A stretch of 64,000 nucleotides of DNA from Paraphysomonas bandaiensis (lineage: Eukaryota > Protista > Chrysophyceae). The notes under the pieces were generated by a model. That model saw only the letters and a list, made by a program, of their open reading frames with translations, made no database searches and was not told where the DNA came from. The stretch covers positions 1-64,000 of the forward strand of contig CBFFRP010000067.1 in assembly GCA_965644295.1 (NCBI GenBank), read 5' to 3'. A program made the translations under genes and the position numbers. Of the stretch, positions 56,471 to 64,000 are shown piece after piece. Numbering within the stretch: the stretch's first letter is position 1; every line of letters starts with the position of its first letter.

Positions 56471-59400
56471 TTAAACAACTCTAGATTGTGCAGTTCCCGT
56501 CTGTTTAGGCATTTTCTTTGCTGTACTGTCCTCCACATCTGACGGTTGATAGTAATGTGGCGCTATCTCTATCAGCCATTCCCCTTTAATCGGAGTAACC
56601 ATTCGCATGTATTCCTTGGAAGTGAAAGCAAGCTCGTGGTAGAGCAACCATCTCGGTGGATCCTCTTCTCTGGACAATACAGAAGAAGGGTGAATGTACA
56701 CAGTGTGCTGATGCTTCACAGTTTTAAAATCTCCATTTTTCGACAGTTTGGCCGTATTGTAGAAATAACCAGCTGTCAAAGCCTTGCATACTGCATCGGT
56801 ATCATGTGGGTTTGACGTCATTTCCACCTCCACACGTTCCATAAGTCCCTCTATTTGCTCTCTAATATCTCTGGCCTTGTTCATTGACCGCACTTGAACG
56901 TAGTTCTCGTAGCACCACTGTGTTGAGTAATTGGTGTCTACCCATTCATTGTAACATCTCATAAGGGCCATATGATCTCCTCCCCCTCCGCGGGCAAAAT
57001 TCATCTTGGCATTGTCAGCATGCACAGCCTTATCCTTGGGTCGGTAAAAGACAGAGCTACCAATAGAAAGCATTGACAGGATCGTCAGTACCTCCGAAGA
57101 ACACATATACTTCTCGGACACAATTAGACACTTCGACATCATTGGGTCCATGGGAAACTCTGCCATACGCCTTCCAAGTTTCGTCAGTTCACCTCTATCA
57201 TTGAGGGCTCCCAGCGCATACAACTGCTCTAAAGCACGAATAAGTGTCTCCGCCGGAGGCTTATCCATAAAATCAAAGTTTAGCAGATCATTGATGCCGA
57301 GAGATTTTAGCATAAGAACGACGTTACCCATGTTGGTACGTTGTATCTCTGGCACGGTGTTGTCCTCCAACTCATGCAGATATGACCATGAGGTGTAAAG
57401 ACGGAAGCATTTACCAGGCTGGGTTCGACCAGCTCTTCCAGCACGTTGATTGGCAGCGGCCTTGGATACAGGGGTTACAATAAGAGATTCCATTCCTGTA
57501 CGTGGATTATACGACTTCTGTTTACAGAACCCTGTGTCAACAACGAAACAAATACCGTCGATGGTTAGTGACGTTTCTGCAATATTAGTACCAAGAACGA
57601 CTTTTCTAGCTCCTTCTTGTGTGGGTTCGAATATCTTCGCCTGCATATCACTTGGTAGCGTAGAGTAAATGGGGCAAATAAGTAGCTCTCGTATTCTTGA
57701 ACCAAGGCCCTTAGTGCGAAGAGTTAAAATCTCCGCAGCAGTCTCGATCTCTTCTTGTCCTGTTAGAAATACAAGTATGTCTCCGGGGACTGGTTGTGTT
57801 ACATGAATCTGCAATATTGTTACAACTACAGCGTCAAGGTAGTCAGCTTCTGGCGCCTTGGTATATAAAATATCTACAGGATACATCCGTCCAGGTATCA
57901 TGAATATACTAGCATCATCGAAGTAGGCTGCAAATTTCTCAGCATCCAGCGTGGCACTCGATATAATTAGGCGAAAGTCGTCTTCACGAAAGCGAGATAT
58001 GTCCTTAACTAAACCAAACAGCACATCTGTGTGTAGGGTTCGCTCGTGCGCCTCATCGATCATCATCACACTGTACCCGCCCAGGTCAGGTTCAGTGAGA
58101 AACTCTCTCAGAAGCATACCATCAGTCATGTATTTGATAACGGTGGAGTCACTGGTGCAATCTTCAAAGCGAATGGAGTACCCAACTTCTTGTCCGAGCT
58201 TAACATTCATTTCCTGAGATACACGAGCTGCTACCGACATTGCAGCCACACGCCTCGGCTGAGTACACCCTATCTTACCCAGTTTACCCCACCCGGCCTC
58301 TGCAAGATATTGCGGTATTTGAGTAGTTTTACCGGAACCAGTCTCACCGACCACTACAAGAACCTTATTATCCTGAACAGCCTCAAGAAATTCCTCTCGA
58401 AATGGATACACCGGAAGAGTCTTCCTCAATCTAATGAGTTTTTCGTGGTCCGTCAGTGAGGTGGTGTCCTCGTCGTCGTCAGGGGCACTCGTGTGCAAAG
58501 CATCATCCGATTTCTTCCGGGTACCTTTCATCATCTCGTGAGATATGAAATCGATCTGGTCTTCGAACACGAGGTCATATTCGTCAGCCTTCTTTTTACG
58601 ATCCTTCGCACCAAAACGCACCATAGCAGTCTTGACCTGCTCCTCCTCCCAGAGTTCCTGCTCCGTTTTCAGCTCTTCCTCTTCCTCATACCGGGTCGTA
58701 AGAACTGCATCCCGTTTCTCTTTATTGATTCTCCCTCTTTCATCTTCGTATCCGTCCGGCATGTGATACCCATCATCCTTCTCATCGAAGCGGTGCTTAT
58801 TCCGCGCCATATTCAGAATTTTTTCATTAAGCTCCCTTCGCTTTTTCTCTTCTGCGGTCAACTCCACATCCTCGAAAAAGTATTCTTCATCTCGTAGTCC
58901 TACCTCCAAAAGTTTCAACTCCTTATCTTCGCGTTTCTTTAGATAGTGCTGACGGGAAACCTCACGCAGGCGTTCAACTACACTCCTGTCCTTTGAGCTA
59001 GCAGATATAGCTCCGCGAGTAGCTAACTCCTGGATTTGTTCAGTCGTGAGCCCTCCTTCTTGCTGTCTCTCGAGCTTCTTAGTTTTACTATCATCTCGTT
59101 CTAATAAGCGCTGCACAAATGCATCACGCTCTGCGATATCCTCGTCCATATCATCATTGACATCTTTCTTATCCTCAGCTTTAGTCGTGGGAGATGAACG
59201 TCGTTTATGGGTGACCACTGTCTCATCTTCTGAAGACTCATCGCCAGACTTCTTCGTTCGTATTTTCTTCACCTTTTCACGACCATCTTTCTCTCTTTTT
59301 TCTTTACGACTACGTCGTTTTTCATGATGACTCCCTTCTGGAACCAAGTCATCATCCATAGGCACTGTGGTATAACTCTCTGACTGTCTAATGAGTTCTG

Positions 59401-59644
59401 CATTAGAGATTCTTTTCTCAGATTTCTTTCCATCATTTCGAGGAATTTTCCCGAATAATTCCCATGCAAATTGATGTACCATATTTCCTTCTGGAATACC
59501 ATTTGCTATAAGTTTACTGCATAAGTCTTTTGGGTTATTCGATTTCTGAGCTATGCCGACAATATACTCCGCCATATTCTTCTCACTATATCCCACAAGA
59601 CCATGCAATTGCTCTCCCACCCATTTCACTGTCTCTTTTGACAT
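56471..59644 (-). CDS. DHX16: Prp2/DHX16 DEAH-box spliceosomal RNA helicase (intronless)
   Basis: [29 protein letters not shown]; N-terminal WV..QLH.LVG and SR..YLKKRE motifs typical of DHX16. Confidence 0.93.
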   Translation of the reverse strand: MSKETVKWVGEQLHGLVGYSEKNMAEYIVGIAQKSNNPKDLCSKLIANGIPEGNMVHQFAWELFGKIPRNDGKKSEKRISNAELIRQSESYTTVPMDDDLVPEGSHHEKRRSRKEKREKDGREKVKKIRTKKSGDESSEDETVVTHKRRSSPTTKAEDKKDVNDDMDEDIAERDAFVQRLLERDDSKTKKLERQQEGGLTTEQIQELATRGAISASSKDRSVVERLREVSRQHYLKKREDKELKLLEVGLRDEEYFFEDVELTAEEKKRRELNEKILNMARNKHRFDEKDDGYHMPDGYEDERGRINKEKRDAVLTTRYEEEEELKTEQELWEEEQVKTAMVRFGAKDRKKKADEYDLVFEDQIDFISHEMMKGTRKKSDDALHTSAPDDDEDTTSLTDHEKLIRLRKTLPVYPFREEFLEAVQDNKVLVVVGETGSGKTTQIPQYLAEAGWGKLGKIGCTQPRRVAAMSVAARVSQEMNVKLGQEVGYSIRFEDCTSDSTVIKYMTDGMLLREFLTEPDLGGYSVMMIDEAHERTLHTDVLFGLVKDISRFREDDFRLIISSATLDAEKFAAYFDDASIFMIPGRMYPVDILYTKAPEADYLDAVVVTILQIHVTQPVPGDILVFLTGQEEIETAAEILTLRTKGLGSRIRELLICPIYSTLPSDMQAKIFEPTQEGARKVVLGTNIAETSLTIDGICFVVDTGFCKQKSYNPRTGMESLIVTPVSKAAANQRAGRAGRTQPGKCFRLYTSWSYLHELEDNTVPEIQRTNMGNVVLMLKSLGINDLLNFDFMDKPPAETLIRALEQLYALGALNDRGELTKLGRRMAEFPMDPMMSKCLIVSEKYMCSSEVLTILSMLSIGSSVFYRPKDKAVHADNAKMNFARGGGGDHMALMRCYNEWVDTNYSTQWCYENYVQVRSMNKARDIREQIEGLMERVEVEMTSNPHDTDAVCKALTAGYFYNTAKLSKNGDFKTVKHQHTVYIHPSSVLSREEDPPRWLLYHELAFTSKEYMRMVTPIKGEWLIEIAPHYYQPSDVEDSTAKKMPKQTGTAQSRVV

Positions 59645-60156
59645 GATTATTGGGATAACATGCAATAGATATGATTAAATTATTATTATATTGTGATGGA
59701 GTTGTTATCATATATGTATATATACAGCAGCCTGCCTATGTACAGTATAGAGCTAAGATGTGTAGTCGGTAGTATACAGCAGACCTCTCTATGTACTCTA
59801 TACCTGCATATTGACATCACACAACTTACTTACTAAGGCTCGTATCACACGAGAAAAAAACCAACACCCAAAAATAAAAACAATGTTTTCATTTTTATGT
59901 TTTTTCAGAAATCGTGTCGAATTTCAGGGTCACACGGGTCAAATTTCACCAACACATAAAAAATTTTCATGAGAAATGTGATTGCGGAGCATGTTTTGAG
60001 CTCTGAAGAAGCATCATTTTGCTTTTGCTGCTTCTTCAAAATAAATTTTCGAGGGTATGATATACGTTGTATACTACTGTATATGTAGCATGTTATTTTG
60101 AATTCGAACAATGCTATCTGGATATATGATAGTAACCACAGTACTTTAATGCAATA

Positions 60157-61487
60157 ATGGCCATATATAGAGAGCTTATCCAACGAATTTATAAAGTGAA
60201 GAATAAGAGTTGGAGGCGTGCTCTTATTGCAAGTGTGTCTTATGTGAAGAGAAATTTTGAAAGAAATTTACGGCACGAATGTGGGCGTTTAGCCCGTCGT
60301 AGAGTGAAACCTCGAAATAGTCATCGTGATCGAGGCTTTGCGTTGCGTGAAATGGATGATATGAAGCCAGAACTCTTCAAGCGCATGTTTCGGTTGGACA
60401 GACAGTCTTTTGATGAGCTTGTAGAATTATTAGACCCCTTAATAAAGAGAGATGACAAGTACGCCACTATTAGTAGCGGAAGCCCTATATCTACACGCAC
60501 CAGGCTTGCTATATGCCTGCGGTGGCTAAGTGGTGGCTCCTATATTGACATACGTTTTGCATGGGGGGTGAGCAAAGCTGCCTTCTTTAGTGAACGCGGT
60601 GTACTATGGCCAACAATAGAGGCATTAGATCATCTTCTGGAGATGGGGATTCCATTAGAAAACAAGGAACTATTACAATCGTAAGTAACAAGTGCTAATG
60701 CTAATGCTAATGTATAAATCATGACTTCATACTTAAAATGCGCAGATTATCAGATGGATTCGCACAGCATTCTGGAGGCTTAATGAGTGGTTGTGTATTG
60801 GCTTTTGATGGTCTCGTTATTCGTACTAGAGCACCGCACAGAGGAGAGGTGAAGTACGTTAAGAGCTGGCGTACAAGGAAAGGAGGTTTTGCTGTTGTTG
60901 TTATGGCTGGATGTGACGTTAATGGGCGTTTTTGGAGTGTGACTGCCAATGACTCGGGCAGTACCCATGACAGTGAAAGCTGGAATAATTCCAACCTCGC
61001 TGATAAAGTATCAAAAGGAGAATTAGATGACAGATTCTTCTTTATTGGAGACGAAGCCTTCTCCAATACTCAACAGTTTCTAACTCCTTACCCTGGTCGT
61101 GGTATTGGAATTTGGAAAGACGCGTTCAATTTCTGGTTATCTCACTCAAGGCAAGCTATTGAACGAGCATTCGGAATGCTCGTTCAACGGTGGGGTATAT
61201 TCTGGAGAAAGTTACGTTTTGCATATGAGAGATGGCCTCTTGTAATAAATGTATGCTGCAAGCTTCATAATTTTTGCCTTGACAGAGGAGTGCAAATACC
61301 GAGTCGCAGATATAGTGATGATGTTCTTAAAGGTGATTTATGTGCCGTGATTAGTAACAACGACGAACAATGGGATGGTATTCTAAGACGAAGAGCAACC
61401 GGAGACAGAAGAACAAATATTACAAAAAAAATTGAGCGAGAAGGACGATTAAGACCTCCACACGCAATAGCAAATAGTCGTTCCTAA
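60157..61487 (+). CDS. Harbinger (HARBI1/DDE_Tnp_4-type) transposase, 421 aa, intron 60681-60745
   Basis: FKRMFRL, LAICLRWLSGG, AFDG, GSTHDS, IGDEAF, RQAIERAFGMLVQRW, CCKLHNF; the splice restores the frame. Confidence 0.93.
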
Positions 61488-61617
61488 GGAATAGTCATAT
61501 TATTAATGATTAATAGCATTTCGCTAGTATGAATTATTAATTCAATGAATCAGAATGCATAAGTTATATGCATTGACTGATACAGATAGAATAGCAACGC
61601 TTTGATAATAATAATCA

Positions 61618-62593
61618 CTATTGTACCTCCCCATCACTATTCTCTACATCAGAATCTTGTTTATCAAAAGTGCTAGTATCGGCAAGAGCAGGAGATGCGG
61701 TGATTGATTTACTGAATGCTTCTTTCATTTTATTCATCTCGAACCACGCTTCCTGCTTTGCTTCAGGCGTCGGTGCATTTAGCGCATAGAATTTCAGCAT
61801 TTCAAGTTGCATTTCCCTCTCTCCGTGTTCCTTTAGGGCAGCTGTCAATCCTTGCAAGGGGTCTTCAATTGATTTACCGGTTTTAGTGACTTTAGCTTTC
61901 TTCTCGGCCCTTGCCTCAGCGTTACGCTTCTTACGTGCTGCATTCGCTTTTTCCACACTTCCTGTATTGTTCCCATAGACGGATGAGTCTCTTCCACCTT
62001 CACCAGCAGACCGCCCAAAGGTATTTAATTGAGACTGATCCAAAACCCCATATGCGTATGTAACAACACTGGGATACCGGCGACTCTTGTTGTGTGCGTG
62101 ATACACCCATCGCGATTGCGTTTCCGCTGACATCCAATCCACTTCGGCCTCTGAAAGATCCCTATTCTCTCCAGAACGATTAAAATCCCTCAATACTGCC
62201 GATACAAATGACCGTACTTGTAGTAACCACTCCTTAATCCTCCTGTGCCTGAAGGAGCAAAGCAGCTTGAGTACTCTGTTCACAGTATATATGACATGAT
62301 GGTGTCATTGTAATTGAATTTATATATACCGGAGAAAGATTGTGAAAAAAAGAAAGGGACTTGTCCCTTTTATCAGGTTCCATTTTTTCCCATTGTGGGT
62401 ATGTGCTGAAGAAAGTTCTCTTATTTGTGCCGATCTGATCTCTGGGTACTACCCTTAGACGATTGATCATGCAGTCTGGTTTGCAGCCAGGCCACTCCTT
62501 TATTTCCCCTGATATCTTCTCCCTAGGGTAGCTATCTGGGGCATTTTGTATTTCCGAAGCAATGTTTGCAGCTGGTGAGCTCGATTCAGACAT
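61618..62593 (-). pseudogene. Harbinger ORF2 (accessory protein), apparently frame-disrupted near 62235
   Basis: Two overlapping ORFs in different frames inside the TIRs; the obvious splice leads to QED-stop; DFNRSG motif and basic NLS-like stretch downstream. Confidence 0.55.
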
Positions 62594-63262
62594 CTTTATT
62601 GCGTTGACAGTTCTATTTAACAATATCAATGAAGTATCCTGCATATATAGATATCTGATCCATATGTTCTGTTGATGTTTTTGTTCGTGTGACCCTGAAA
62701 AGATACCAAAGCATAAAAAATTACAATGATAATTTTTTATGCTTTGTGTGTGACCCGTTTTTTAGCCATCTCCCAAACAACGAAATTTCTCTGTCAAATT
62801 CAGTAATTTGCGGCAGGTGTGACCCTGAAATTCGACAGGATTTCTGAAAAAGCATACAAATAAGAACATTGTTTTTATTTTTGGGTGTTGGTTTTTTTCT
62901 CGTGTGATACGAGCCTAATGCTGTATTCTGACAGCATAAAATCACGATAATCTAGAAATCCAAAGTATTTTCTAAAAAAAGGAGTTTTTGGAATAAATAC
63001 TCTCATTACAAGTCAGTACGACCTTCTCCATTAAAATACATTAAAATACATTAAAATACAATAATAAATAGATAGTTATCGTACTCACCATTCATTCTAT
63101 GTGAAAAATGAATGACAGAGAGGGCCAACTAGTCGGGCATGTATATACCAACTCCATCACTCCTCTTCATAAGTTTGAGTATTAAACAGATTGGTTGATT
63201 ATATCAGCAGTCTGTATAATTAACATTTAATACATTCTTTTACATTAAAATAATTATTGATA

Positions 63263-64000
63263 ATGGTAGTGTATAATTTCAAGAAGATTCAGCCGATACC
63301 ATCAGCCAATGATTTCATTGATATTGCTTTAACAAGAACACAAAGAAAAACACCTACTGTGATACATCCTGGTTATAAAATCACTAGAATTCGTTCATTT
63401 TATATGAGAAAAGTAAAGTTTACTGAACAAACGATTAATGAAAAACTTGGAGCAATCTTACAGGACTTTCCTCGATTGGACGATATTCATCCCTTCTATG
63501 CTGACCTCATGAATATTCTCTATGATAGGGATCACTTTAAGTTAGCACTTGGTCAAGTCAATACTGCCAAAAATCTTATTACAGGATTGTGTAAAGATTA
63601 TCTTCGGTTGCTAAAGTATGGCGACTCTTTGTACAGATGTAAACAACTCAAACGTGCTGCCCTTGGTCGCATGTGTACTGTTATCAAGAAGCTCAAGGCA
63701 TCTCTTGGATATCTAGAAGAAGTACGAAAGCACATATCCCGTCTTCCTGCACTCGATCCCACAACCCGCACCCTTCTTCTTACGGGCTACCCTAATGTCG
63801 GGAAGTCGTCGTTCATGAACAAAGTTACACGTGCCGATGTCGATGTTCAGCCGTATGCTTTCACAACTAAGGCTCTATTCGTGGGTCACATGGACCACAG
63901 ATTTCTCCGCTGGCAGGTTGTAGATACTCCTGGAATTTTGGACAGACCTCTGGAGGAGAGAAATACCATCGAAATGCAAGCTATTACTGCTCTTGCCCAC
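63263..64000 (+). CDS. NOG1: Nucleolar GTP-binding protein 1, truncated by the window end
   Basis: MVVYNFKKI...[11 protein letters not shown]...[11 protein letters not shown]...[12 protein letters not shown]...VQPYAFTTK...DTPGILD. Confidence 0.96.
   Translation, partial: MVVYNFKKIQPIPSANDFIDIALTRTQRKTPTVIHPGYKITRIRSFYMRKVKFTEQTINEKLGAILQDFPRLDDIHPFYADLMNILYDRDHFKLALGQVNTAKNLITGLCKDYLRLLKYGDSLYRCKQLKRAALGRMCTVIKKLKASLGYLEEVRKHISRLPALDPTTRTLLLTGYPNVGKSSFMNKVTRADVDVQPYAFTTKALFVGHMDHRFLRWQVVDTPGILDRPLEERNTIEMQAITALAH

Larger units (their letters stand above)
59837..62915 (+). mobile_element. PIF/Harbinger DNA transposon, 3079 bp; perfect 51-bp TIRs, TAA TSD
   Basis: GGCTCGTATCACACGAG... (59837-59887) is the exact reverse complement of 62865-62915; TAA on both sides; subterminal gtgtgaccc repeats; two convergent ORFs. 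Confidence 0.96.

Noticed and set aside
56546-59327. Numerous antisense ORFs within DHX16 (similarly within GSIII, the C2 protein and the transposases)
   Set aside because: Shadow ORFs of real coding sequence, with no independent motifs.

Overview
Compact, AT-rich eukaryotic nuclear DNA with short (~50-90 nt) GT-AG introns; gene content and style suggest a stramenopile or similar protist (inference only). About 17 host genes, mostly in head-to-head pairs: cyclophilin, SLC35A transporter, purple acid phosphatase, EF-hand-like protein, Rab, a 60-aa twin-CX9C protein, a large IQ/C2 protein, SMP-30, a hypothetical protein, a papain-family protease, an FKBP-TM-cyclophilin fusion, centrin, GSIII, FadH, an Orai-like 4TM+PH protein, a PBZ/UBZ/UBX protein, DHX16 and a partial NOG1. 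There are four tRNA genes: one Glu and three identical intron-containing Asp with A73. Accessory DNA is the most interesting part: (i) a 5.57-kb DNA transposon (29466-35037) with 27-bp TIRs, a 5-bp TSD and a spliced Academ/DUF6589-like DDE transposase; (ii) a dispersed ~350-500 bp repeat family predicted to fold into a pseudoknotted RNA with compensatory changes; (iii) a complete PIF/Harbinger element; (iv) a 1952-bp tandem duplication with decayed Crypton-like fragments. All family assignments come from recognising motifs by eye; no searches were run.
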